Shown: positions 1-8,776 of the stretch, piece by piece
Numbering within the stretch: position 1 is the stretch's first letter
Layout: every line of letters begins with the position of its first letter
DNA from: a virus
Virus record (IMG/VR): IMGVR_UViG_3300036823_000301
Location: 1-64,000 of that record
Direction: 5' to 3' (one strand)
DNA: 64,000 nt
The notes under the pieces: generated by a model
What the model was told of the DNA's origin: nothing
Seen by the model: the letters and a program-made list of their open reading frames with translations, nothing else
Database searches by the model: none
Position numbers and translations under genes: made by a program

Positions 1-57
1 GATCTGACCGCTGACGAACGATCCCACATCGAAGCAACCATCAAATCTATCAGGTAG
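1..57 (+). CDS. 3' end of a gene truncated by the window edge; paralog of the following Eco57I-like methyltransferase/TRD gene
   Basis: Frame 1 reads DLTADERSHIEATIKSIR*, nearly the same as the C-terminus of 60..1013 (DLTAEEQDHIEATIKP*); 22 bp are identical (24-45 vs 986-1007). Confidence 0.75.
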   Translation, partial: DLTADERSHIEATIKSIR

Positions 58-59
58 GT

Positions 60-1013
60 ATGTCACACCGGATCGTGTTTGTGGGGAATCCACCTTATCA
101 TGAACAGGATGGCGGACATGGACCATCATCTCGACCGATCTATCAGAATTTCCTTGAACATGCTTTAGAGCATGGTACCGAGGTATTGTTTGTCATTCCG
201 GCAAGGTGGTACACCGGAGGGAAAGGTCTGGATGGTTTTCGCAACGAAATGCTAAATTCAGGCAAGATCAAGCAGATCGTAGATTTTCCTATTTCTGCCG
301 CTGTCTTCCCTACAGTCGAGATTTCAGGTGGCGTCTGCTTTATCCACGCCGCAAATTCACATGATGGAACTTGTTCTTTCACTTCAAAAAACATCGCAAC
401 CGATGTAAATTTATCTCTTTTCGATGTGTTGGTGCGTGAGCCTAAAGCCATTACGGTCATCCAAAGGGTACTAGCCAGTCATAATAATGGGTTTTTTGAC
501 GAGGTGGTATCGTCGCGCAAGCCCTTTGGATTGGCGACGAACTTTGCACGGTTCAGCACCACTGCTGATGCGACAACCTTAACCTGTCGGACGATGAAGG
601 GCTGTAGACCGATAAATGCCGCCGAAGTAGTCCATGGACTTGCTTTTATTCCACGCTGGAAGGTGATCACGACACGTGCTGGTCCCGGACGTGATGGACG
701 CGGCGCCGAACAGCGAAAAGTTCTTAGTACAGTCGATGTGTTGCCACCACAGCACGTTTGTTTGGAGACTTATTTGGTGGTCGCGTCGTTCGAAACCGAG
801 CAGGAAGCTCGAAGTTGTGCAGCGTTTTTGACGCGAAAATTGCCGAGATTTCTGCTCAATCCTCGGATGACTTCTCAGGACATATCCAAAGAAAAATTCG
901 CCTGGGTTCCGATTATGGATTTCACGCGATCATGGGCAGATCAGGAACTCTACGATCATTTTGATCTGACCGCCGAAGAACAAGACCACATCGAAGCAAC
1001 CATCAAACCTTAA
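60..1013 (+). CDS. Eco57I/type IIG-like N6-adenine methyltransferase catalytic half plus C-terminal target-recognition domain (no SAM-binding motif I seen)
   Basis: GNPPY motif at residues 9-13, then IYQNF, FVIPARWYTGGKGLDGFR, VFPTVEISGGVCF, CLETYLV, QDISKEKFAWVP, LYDHFDLT. Confidence 0.8.
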   Translation: MSHRIVFVGNPPYHEQDGGHGPSSRPIYQNFLEHALEHGTEVLFVIPARWYTGGKGLDGFRNEMLNSGKIKQIVDFPISAAVFPTVEISGGVCFIHAANSHDGTCSFTSKNIATDVNLSLFDVLVREPKAITVIQRVLASHNNGFFDEVVSSRKPFGLATNFARFSTTADATTLTCRTMKGCRPINAAEVVHGLAFIPRWKVITTRAGPGRDGRGAEQRKVLSTVDVLPPQHVCLETYLVVASFETEQEARSCAAFLTRKLPRFLLNPRMTSQDISKEKFAWVPIMDFTRSWADQELYDHFDLTAEEQDHIEATIKP

Positions 1014-1171
1014 TGGGGCATGCCCGGCGAGAAGCCATTGAAGTTTACGTAGCGGCACCTCCCTCGTTGCGTCACATAACCAGCCAACAGAGCTCACATC
1101 GAACCAGCATTCGTCCGCGGAATCTATAAAAACACCACGAACGCCGATTCCTTGGCATTCAGGACATTACA

Positions 1172-1372
1172 TTATCGTTTAACTACCTTGAGCGTGCGTT
1201 TGTATTCAGCCCAACGCTGAATCATTAGGGAGGCCAGTTCAATTTTTTCGTAAGGTGACAACTGCGTTGTGATGCACGTCTGATACCCCAACGTCAATGT
1301 GTAACCACGTTCGTCACAATAAATACCGACAACTCCGTAGTTGTCATCAGCTTCAAGCTCGTTCCTGTTCAT
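1172..1372 (-). CDS. hypothetical protein
   Basis: 66-aa ORF with a 4-nt overlap with 1369..1824. Confidence 0.5.
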   Translation of the reverse strand: MNRNELEADDNYGVVGIYCDERGYTLTLGYQTCITTQLSPYEKIELASLMIQRWAEYKRTLKVVKR

Positions 1373-1824
1373 TCTCGAAAAAACCTCCGAATTTGCTGTT
1401 TGAGGCCGCGCGTCCCCCCTGTATCGTGCGTTTGGAGTAGACCCATCCGCTCAATAAATCTATGGGGTACGGCTGGATCATAAACGCTGGCTAGGATCGG
1501 TACAGTGTGCCGACGCCGCCATCGCCATAACATACCGACATCGCGCCATGACCAATACTGCATTCCAGTTGGAAACCTGACAATGACCAATTCATCGCCT
1601 GCAACACGATAGGAATCGGCCAATTTAACGTAATCGAAATAATTCACTGTATCCAAACGAACATAGACAACCTGTAGGCCGTGAGCCGTTGCAATAGTCC
1701 TATAATCACTGGTAAGCCAATCCATACTCCTAGGCTGATCCCAAAGCAGATGATCACGGAAGATTCGTAACATCTCCCCCTGATCCAACAGCCGTTTCAG
1801 CTCGGGGTCCATACCAATCTCCAT
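1369..1824 (-). CDS. hypothetical protein
   Basis: 151-aa ORF with ATG start, divergent from the HTH gene. Confidence 0.6.
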   Translation of the reverse strand: MEIGMDPELKRLLDQGEMLRIFRDHLLWDQPRSMDWLTSDYRTIATAHGLQVVYVRLDTVNYFDYVKLADSYRVAGDELVIVRFPTGMQYWSWRDVGMLWRWRRRHTVPILASVYDPAVPHRFIERMGLLQTHDTGGTRGLKQQIRRFFRE

Positions 1825-1919
1825 TTGATCTCATCACCATAAACCCATGGTGGGGAGCATCCGAATTTGCAAAGCCACAATACGGCTCAACGATTTATCG
1901 GTCAACTGTTAATTTTCGT

Positions 1920-1948
1920 TGGACACAAAGATTCGTACCCGCTATATA
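1920..1948 (+). promoter_or_regulatory. putative sigma70-like promoter for a leaderless HTH gene
   Basis: TGGACA-N17-TATATA, with ATG 6 nt downstream at 1955. Confidence 0.45.
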
Positions 1949-1954
1949 GGGCTC

Positions 1955-2185
1955 ATGACGCAGCGCACCGACCCCGAGAGTCTTGCTCATGTTTTGGAAC
2001 GTCTTGAAGAGGCTATACAGATCGCGGGAACGCAGTCGGCATTTGCCGTCAAATATGGGCTCGGGCAAGCCGCTGTATCATTGACTCGACGTGGACTCAT
2101 TAACCCACCACCTAGCCTGTTACATACACTTAACTTAGAGGCAGTGACATATTATGTCAGACTTAACTCTAGATCTCGTCGTTGA
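1955..2185 (+). CDS. Cro/XRE-like helix-turn-helix protein
   Basis: TQSAFAVKYGLGQAAVSLTRRG...PPP HTH pattern; paralog of 4636..4860. Confidence 0.65.
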   Translation: MTQRTDPESLAHVLERLEEAIQIAGTQSAFAVKYGLGQAAVSLTRRGLINPPPSLLHTLNLEAVTYYVRLNSRSRR

Positions 2186-2395
2186 CGAACTTCTCAAACT
2201 TGACCCCCAAATCCGCACAATGATCGCCAAGTCACTTATTGACGACGTCACTTGTCAATACTATCTATGGCTTGCATTAGGCAGCATCGGTAATATGGAG
2301 GTCCACCACAAATCCCCCTGACACCTGTCGAAATTTCTTGACAAATTTGCTTATTTTTCAACAGTCTATCTATCTTTAGACTCAAGGTCAATTAC

Positions 2396-2899
2396 ATGCA
2401 AGATCGGATCGCCATCATCATTGATGGCACGAACATTCACCACGCCAGCCGTGCGCTAGGAATCGACATCGACTACGATAAATTGTTGAAATGGTTCAAC
2501 TCACAAGGCCGTTGCGTACGTGCTCTATACTACAACAGCATCCCGACAGGCGAGGAATACTCCCCTGTCCGTCGGCTGGTTGATTGGGCCTCTCGCAACG
2601 GCTTCGTGGTTGTGTCCCGGCCAGATGATGGGGAAGCGGAAAAGCCTCGTTTCAATGTCGATATGGCCTGCCATATGCTAGAACTAGCAGACAGAATCGA
2701 TCATTTTTACATTTGTGCAGGATCGGCGGAACTCAGACTGCCGGTGGATATCATCCAGCGGAAGGGTGCGAGGGTTACTGTTGTCAGCACCGTTCGCACT
2801 CAACCGCAGCACGTCAGTGACAGTTTGCGGCGTCAGGCCGATGGATTCATCGACCTGAATGACCTCAAAAGCATTGCACGCTCCACAGCCGACAGCTAA
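2396..2899 (+). CDS. NYN domain (LabA/DUF88, PIN-like) protein
   Basis: IIDGTNI, IDYDKLL, RALYY, VDMA, GARVTVVST, SDSLRRQADGFIDL motifs typical of alphaproteobacterial NYN proteins. Confidence 0.9.
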   Translation: MQDRIAIIIDGTNIHHASRALGIDIDYDKLLKWFNSQGRCVRALYYNSIPTGEEYSPVRRLVDWASRNGFVVVSRPDDGEAEKPRFNVDMACHMLELADRIDHFYICAGSAELRLPVDIIQRKGARVTVVSTVRTQPQHVSDSLRRQADGFIDLNDLKSIARSTADS

Positions 2900-3055
2900 T
2901 TTCCAAACGGATCAGGCTGGATAGCGTGGCGGAACGATAACCAGGGCGGTGCGCGGGCACCGCCCTGCCCGACCACAAACGTCCCCTTGGATCGATCCAG
3001 CCCATCCCCAGCATAGGTCGCCTTAGCAGCGGTGCCACAATTGAAAAAGTAGACC

Positions 3056-4639
3056 ATGGAAATATTCAAAACCACACCTTACAAACACCAGCTCGACATT
3101 TACAAACAGAGTAAAGACATGCCTTACGCAGCGTTATTCTTGGAACAACGCTGCGGTAAGACCAAGATCATCTTGGACACAGCCGCTTACCAATACCATG
3201 CCGGCCATATAAACGGGCTGCTCATCATTGCCCCGAATGGCGTTGCCCGGAACTGGTTGGATGAGGTCCAGATCCATCTAACGGAAACTGTTAACCACAA
3301 GATCGTGTTATGGCGATCCGGCAAGATGGCAACCAAGGCCGCTATGGTGGATCTGACGGGTTTACTCCGACACGGCGGCCTGTCGATCTTAAGTATGAAC
3401 ATCGACGCACTCATCACCACGGCCGCCAAAACCTATCTCACCAAATGGTTCCAAGCCCGGCGCACCTTCGTAGCTTTGGACGAGAGCATTGATATTTCCA
3501 GCCCCGGCGCTGCCAGAACAAAGGTGGCGTTACGTGTGGCCCGGCGTTCCATTATCCGTAGAATCGCGGATGGTACGCCGGCGGATGCCAAACCGCTTGG
3601 CCTCTATGCACAGACGCAATTCCTGGAGCCAGGGCTGCTAGGCGCTTCGACTTATGTGGCGTTCAAGGCGCGCTACACCGAGCAAGAAACCCGAGATGTT
3701 GGTGAGCATAACCGAATCTGCGATAATTGTGGCGGAAACGGTTGGTTTGATGGTGGCGTTCGTTGCGAACGATGCCGTGGTAGCTGTTTCATTGGTAACA
3801 AACAGATCGAAACCGTTGTTGGCTACAAGAATCTTGATGAATTAGCACAGAAACTGAAGCCGTTCGCGTTTCGCGTCACCCGCGCGGACTGTGCTGATCT
3901 CCCTCCGAAGGTTTTCGAGCGACGCTATTTCGCGCTCTCACCTGTTCAACAGCGGATTTTCAACGAACTGAAGATGGAGTTTCGTGCAGAGCTCGCCGGA
4001 AAGGTGGTGACCGCAAACATTGTGCTGACGCGCTTGCTGCGGCTCCAGCAGGTTGCCAGCAACCACTTACCGATCGATGGGGATCTGCGAATCTGTGAGG
4101 GGTGTCAGGGGGAGGGGTGCGCGAACTGCGACGATCGCGGCGTGTTGGGGCAAAGTCGCCGCGTGGCTGTGGTCGATCCCGACAAAAACCCTCGCCTGGA
4201 AACGCTTCAGACTGTGCTGGAACCGTTGACGGGACAAGGAATCATATGGACACGGTTTGTTCCAGACGTGGAGGCGGTGATGGGAAGTTTACGGAACGCT
4301 GTGCGCTATGACGGGCAGGTTCCCCCTGACCAACGCATTGAGGCGATCCAGAACTTCCAGGCTGGTAACGCGCAATATTTTGTGGCGAACCCGCGCGCGG
4401 CAGGAAGGGGATTGGATTTATCTGCGGCTAATTTTGTGGTGTACTATGCCCATGACTGGAGCTTGCGGTGGCGTAATCAGAGCGAGGACCGGGCGCAGTC
4501 CCTGAAACGCACCGAATCTGTGCTTTATATCGATCTTGTCGCCGAAGCGACTCCAGATGAAAAGATTATTGCCGCGCTTCGCGATGGAAAAGAGTTGAGT
4601 GAGCAGGTTTTAGGCGACCTGAAACGCGTATTCGATTAA
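3056..4639 (+). CDS. SNF2-family helicase with two CxxCxGxG zinc-finger insertions
   Basis: PYKHQ, EQRCGKT (motif I), ALDES (II), GTP (III), RLLRLQQ, GRGLDL (V), QSEDRA (VI). Confidence 0.9.
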   Translation: MEIFKTTPYKHQLDIYKQSKDMPYAALFLEQRCGKTKIILDTAAYQYHAGHINGLLIIAPNGVARNWLDEVQIHLTETVNHKIVLWRSGKMATKAAMVDLTGLLRHGGLSILSMNIDALITTAAKTYLTKWFQARRTFVALDESIDISSPGAARTKVALRVARRSIIRRIADGTPADAKPLGLYAQTQFLEPGLLGASTYVAFKARYTEQETRDVGEHNRICDNCGGNGWFDGGVRCERCRGSCFIGNKQIETVVGYKNLDELAQKLKPFAFRVTRADCADLPPKVFERRYFALSPVQQRIFNELKMEFRAELAGKVVTANIVLTRLLRLQQVASNHLPIDGDLRICEGCQGEGCANCDDRGVLGQSRRVAVVDPDKNPRLETLQTVLEPLTGQGIIWTRFVPDVEAVMGSLRNAVRYDGQVPPDQRIEAIQNFQAGNAQYFVANPRAAGRGLDLSAANFVVYYAHDWSLRWRNQSEDRAQSLKRTESVLYIDLVAEATPDEKIIAALRDGKELSEQVLGDLKRVFD

Positions 4640-4860
4640 TTTCGTTCCGCGTAATAGATCACCTTACGCTTGTAGCCGATAGCCTTTAGGACAACCGGAG
4701 GTGGATCAATGCGACCCGATACTACCAATGATAGTTGTGATTGATCAATACCATTCTGGCGCGCAAACGCCCCCTGGCTACCGATTCGCTCAATCTCTTT
4801 GGTAAGTTTGGTGTAGACCCTATCGCGGCTAGCGATGTCAATTTCGAGCTTTGCAGCCAT
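4636..4860 (-). CDS. Cro/XRE-like helix-turn-helix protein
   Basis: SQGAFARQNGIDQSQLSLVVSGRIDPPP; start at 4860 preferred (ORF is open to 4923). Confidence 0.7.
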   Translation of the reverse strand: MAAKLEIDIASRDRVYTKLTKEIERIGSQGAFARQNGIDQSQLSLVVSGRIDPPPVVLKAIGYKRKVIYYAERN

Positions 4861-5072
4861 GGATTTTATCCTGTTTTGATTTGACGATATACCCAATATC
4901 TCACATCTGGTTGACATATCCAAGGGTTAATTGAGTCAAGAGGCAATGACGATATCGTTAGGCTTCGTACGGAGTGTGTGCCCAGTTAGTCGCACCTCGA
5001 AATTCTGGATTGACCCATCAATTGGTAATAGCCCATAACCCAACATCATCGATCAATCGTTAAGGGGGTCAA

Positions 5073-5348
5073 TTGATGACACGCAGGCAGCATCTCGAAC
5101 TTTTGGAACTCTATCAGCAGCGCGGTGGATTATTGATGAACCTCCGGGATCTGATGCCTGAAGTAGAGTTTCTGAAATATCTAAGTCGGAATATGACAAG
5201 CCTACAGATGGCACTTGATCTAATTCATTTTCATCTTCATTGGGATATATTTCAACAACAAGAACTTCGAATACATCAGCGCGGATGCCCAACACCTAAC
5301 AACATTTATTGGGCAATTGACGTTGTTAACGCTACACTTGGTATTTAG
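5073..5348 (+). CDS. hypothetical protein
   Basis: 91-aa ORF preceded by an AAGGGGG RBS-like sequence. Confidence 0.5.
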   Translation: MMTRRQHLELLELYQQRGGLLMNLRDLMPEVEFLKYLSRNMTSLQMALDLIHFHLHWDIFQQQELRIHQRGCPTPNNIYWAIDVVNATLGI

Positions 5349-5529
5349 ACCAGAGCCATCAAGAGATTCGGTCGCTTTTACTTTACAGTTGACGACCGAA
5401 CCCGAATCGGTGCACAGTCCTCTCCCGTCGATCAGGGGGGAACCGAGGCCACCACCCACTATTTTCAACACTATTCGCGCTTGACCCGCCGATCAGGGCG
5501 GGTGCAGTAATCCAGACGGAGGGCATCCA

Positions 5530-6123
5530 ATGCATAACGAGAACAACGTTGTCAGCGAATGGGCTGACACGATGGATGACGTCCCGCAAGGTCCGAGCGG
5601 GGAACAGTTGTCTGTCGTGATTGGACTTGCTCAACGACAAACTCAACTTGAAGATTACATTGAACTGCTCGAAAGGGACCTAGATCAATCGAAAGCGGAT
5701 CTCCGCAGAATCCAGGAACGTGAGTTACCGGATGCCATGCAACTGGCCGGTATTGAAAACTATACACTGAATGGTGGACGTAAGGTTGAAATCGTCACAT
5801 CGATCGTAGCCAGTCCGACAAATGACCAAAAGCCGCTGATGTTGGAATGGCTACAAAACAACAACCACGCCGATATCGTCAAGCACGAGCTCAAGATCGG
5901 TTTCGGTAAGGGTGAAGACGACATTGCCAAAAAGTTGAAAAGCTGGCTTGGCATGCACCTACCGAAACAGAAGGTAGACGACAAAACGTTTGTGCATCCG
6001 CAGACATTGAATGGTTTCGTTCGCGAGATGTTTAGAGAAGGTTACGACATTCCTGATACGTTTAACGTAACGTTCCTCCGGAAGAGTGTCGTATCCCGCC
6101 CAAAGGGAGACGGTCCTCTGTAG
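5530..6123 (+). CDS. conserved phage replication-module protein (N-terminal coiled coil)
   Basis: LPDAM, WLQNNNHADIVK, VHPQTLNGFVRE motifs of a protein commonly found upstream of phage SSB/primase genes; GGAGG RBS. Confidence 0.7.
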   Translation: MHNENNVVSEWADTMDDVPQGPSGEQLSVVIGLAQRQTQLEDYIELLERDLDQSKADLRRIQERELPDAMQLAGIENYTLNGGRKVEIVTSIVASPTNDQKPLMLEWLQNNNHADIVKHELKIGFGKGEDDIAKKLKSWLGMHLPKQKVDDKTFVHPQTLNGFVREMFREGYDIPDTFNVTFLRKSVVSRPKGDGPL

Positions 6124-6181
6124 CTGTCCCCCTGCCGCCACCGGCGCGGTTCCTGCCGGCTAACGAGAATGGAGACTATGG

Positions 6182-7030
6182 ATGATTACCAAGACGGTAA
6201 CACGAGAGCACGAACACGAGGCACCTCCAGTCGAGCTGGAACAGGCGCTGGTGACGCAGGACGACGTCTATGAGGGCACAGCTGGCCTGGGTATGGATGG
6301 CGCCACCGCTGACGATTTTGGTCGTCCGCCGCAACTGCGGATCTTGCAGTCTAACAGTCCAGAGGTGAACGAGGCCGAGGGTGCTTATGTGGTTGGTGCC
6401 AAAGCTGGAATGATCATTGATACCGGCACCAAAGAGGTCTTTGACGGCAAGGTTGGAATCACTTTCATACCAGTCAGCCGCGATCACCAATATGTCCAGT
6501 GGCACCAACGGGTTAATGGCGGTGCCGGCGGCGGATTCGTCAAAGTTCTGGCGGTGTCCGATCCCATCATTGCTGAGCTCAAAAAGGCACAAGGCGCTTT
6601 CAACAAGCTGATTTTGCCAGACCAGGACGAGCTGGTGGAGACGTTCCCCCTGTTCGGTCTGGCCATTGCCGCCGGGCTGGCTGATGAGCAATGTTCCCCC
6701 GCGATGATCGCGTTCGCCTCGACGCAGATCAAAAAATACCAGATGCTCATGCAGCGGTTGAACAAGTACATGCGCGATCCGCGAAACCCACCGATGTGGG
6801 CATGGCGGTGGAATTTCGGGACGCAGTCGGAACGTAATAAGAAAGGCTCGTTCTACGGTTGGCGTATCAATCTAGCCAACGGGAATCCAGCAGATTCCAT
6901 GCTGTCTCCGCGTAGCTTCCTCGTCGGCGAGGCCAAGGCATTCTACCAGCAGATCCGGGAAGGCCGTGTCACAGCCGACTATGTCACAGCTGGGCAGCAG
7001 CCCGAAAACGAAGACGACATCCCGTTCTAA
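6182..7030 (+). CDS. putative single-stranded DNA-binding protein
   Basis: Acidic C-terminal tail ENEDDIPF; LRILQSNSPEV and NKKGSFYGW motifs; position before the primase. Confidence 0.65.
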   Translation: MITKTVTREHEHEAPPVELEQALVTQDDVYEGTAGLGMDGATADDFGRPPQLRILQSNSPEVNEAEGAYVVGAKAGMIIDTGTKEVFDGKVGITFIPVSRDHQYVQWHQRVNGGAGGGFVKVLAVSDPIIAELKKAQGAFNKLILPDQDELVETFPLFGLAIAAGLADEQCSPAMIAFASTQIKKYQMLMQRLNKYMRDPRNPPMWAWRWNFGTQSERNKKGSFYGWRINLANGNPADSMLSPRSFLVGEAKAFYQQIREGRVTADYVTAGQQPENEDDIPF

Positions 7031-7044
7031 CCTAATCATCACCA

Positions 7045-7068
7045 GGAAGGGCGCTCCGGCGCCTTTCC
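7045..7068 (+). terminator. GC-rich hairpin after the SSB gene (possible terminator or attenuator)
   Basis: GGAAGGGCGC-TCCG-GCGCCTTTCC; weak U-tract. Confidence 0.4.
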
Positions 7069-7081
7069 GATTCTTGGGGAG

Positions 7082-8776
7082 ATGGCTTTGTCAACATTAG
7101 CCGGCGATTTTTGCGAATTATTTGCCGGCTTAGAGCACGCTCATGGGCAATACTTGCTATCAGGCCAAAAATCATCAAAAGGCAAAGCATTAGGCCGCGG
7201 AACGTGGATTAAGACTGGGCCTGCTACTGAGACTGACTGGCAGCGGCATCTTGCCGGCGACATGCATCTCGGTGTCCCACCTCTGCGCCGCGATGGGACC
7301 TGTACCTGGGGTGCGATCGACGTTGATGAATATCCCGTTGACCATAAATCAGTTGCCAAGCGGGTCTCAGATCTCGCGCTTCCTCTGACGCTAATCAGAT
7401 CGAAATCGGGGGGCGGCCATCTTTTCCTGTTTCTGACGCGGCCAGAATCCGCTGCTGCTGTCAGATCAAAGCTCTTTTTGTTCGTCAAAATTCTTGGTTG
7501 GTCTACCAAGACCGAGATTTTCCCGAAGCAGAATGTGCTTACAGAAAATCAGGATGCCTGCGCTGAATGCAGGGGGTCCGGCGGGGTGAATGGTGAACAG
7601 TGTCCGAGCTGCGATGGGTCCGGAAAAGAATCCAGTCTCGGTAGCTGGCTCAACATGCCTTACCAGAACATCGATTATGGGCTGCGTTATGCGTTGGATT
7701 CAGATGGTAATGCGCTTTCAGCGGAAGAATTCATTCAGATAGCCCGTGATCGCGCTATTGATCCCGCACTTCTCGCGGATTTCAGCGAGACCAAGCTCCA
7801 AGCGGACGCCATAGCATCTTCCAATGAAGGGGCCGACGACACCCTCCCATGGGGTCCCCCCTGTCTAAACGCCCTGCTTGTAAATGGTGAAGTTCGGGCT
7901 GGGCTCAGCCGGAGATCTGAAGTTCTTTTCAACCTTGCTATTTATTATAAAAAAGTGTTTCGCGGCAATCGGGATAAGATGATCTCTGCGATCTCTGAGA
8001 TTAATTCGAAATATTTCAATCCTCCAGTTCATTTAAGCGATGTACGTGCGCGTGTTGGAAGCGCCCTCAATAAGAATTATCAATATCGTTGCAATGAATC
8101 TCCGCTCGTAGAGCATTGCGACAACGCCGCCTGCAAACTGAGAAAATTTGGAATTGTAGATCCACTCAGGGTGCGCGGAGTAAACGGAGCGTCTACGCCT
8201 GGACTCAGTGGTGGTGACTTTGGACAGCTTGTTCGCTACGGCACGGATGACGCCACTTTCGAATGGACCATAAGGGGTAAAAAATTAAAATTTAAGGCTA
8301 AGCATATACTTAACCAACGAGAATTTCGTGTCAAGCTGATGAACGATACTGGCTGGGATGTAGGGATCACTAATCCATCAAGTTGGGCCATTATAGTTAA
8401 CAATGCCATGGCCACGTTGATAAATGTTGAAGTTACTTCAGCATTGTTGGAAAAGGGTCAATTCTATAGACACATCGTGAAATTTTGTAGTGGTCGTGTC
8501 ATCGCTAAAGATCTTGAAGAAATTACATCTGGAAAGCCTTTCGTGAAGAATGGTAATTACTATTTTGTGGTGGAAGATTTCATGGAGTATTTGCGTGAAA
8601 AAGGCCAGCCAACAAGATTGGATGACATTTTCATGAAATTCAACGAGATAGGCGTGTTGAGCAAAAGAGAAATATTTAACGGATTAACGTGCGAATACTT
8701 CGTTGTGCCTGGGGCGGAAGCCCTGCAAACTGAAGATTTCAATGTGCCTCGCGACAACCAGGAATCACGATTTTGA
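7082..8776 (+). CDS. archaeo-eukaryotic primase (AEP) family primase/primase-polymerase with PriCT-like domain
   Basis: WGAIDVD (DxD), RSKSGGGHLFLF (SxH), EIFPKQ, WLNMPY, GPPCL; CxxCxGxG insertion. Confidence 0.8.
   Translation: MALSTLAGDFCELFAGLEHAHGQYLLSGQKSSKGKALGRGTWIKTGPATETDWQRHLAGDMHLGVPPLRRDGTCTWGAIDVDEYPVDHKSVAKRVSDLALPLTLIRSKSGGGHLFLFLTRPESAAAVRSKLFLFVKILGWSTKTEIFPKQNVLTENQDACAECRGSGGVNGEQCPSCDGSGKESSLGSWLNMPYQNIDYGLRYALDSDGNALSAEEFIQIARDRAIDPALLADFSETKLQADAIASSNEGADDTLPWGPPCLNALLVNGEVRAGLSRRSEVLFNLAIYYKKVFRGNRDKMISAISEINSKYFNPPVHLSDVRARVGSALNKNYQYRCNESPLVEHCDNAACKLRKFGIVDPLRVRGVNGASTPGLSGGDFGQLVRYGTDDATFEWTIRGKKLKFKAKHILNQREFRVKLMNDTGWDVGITNPSSWAIIVNNAMATLINVEVTSALLEKGQFYRHIVKFCSGRVIAKDLEEITSGKPFVKNGNYYFVVEDFMEYLREKGQPTRLDDIFMKFNEIGVLSKREIFNGLTCEYFVVPGAEALQTEDFNVPRDNQESRF

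Noticed and set aside
5365-5410. TTCGGTCG/CGACCGAA inverted repeat as a replication origin
   Set aside because: Short arms with no iterons or AT-rich unwinding element; not enough support
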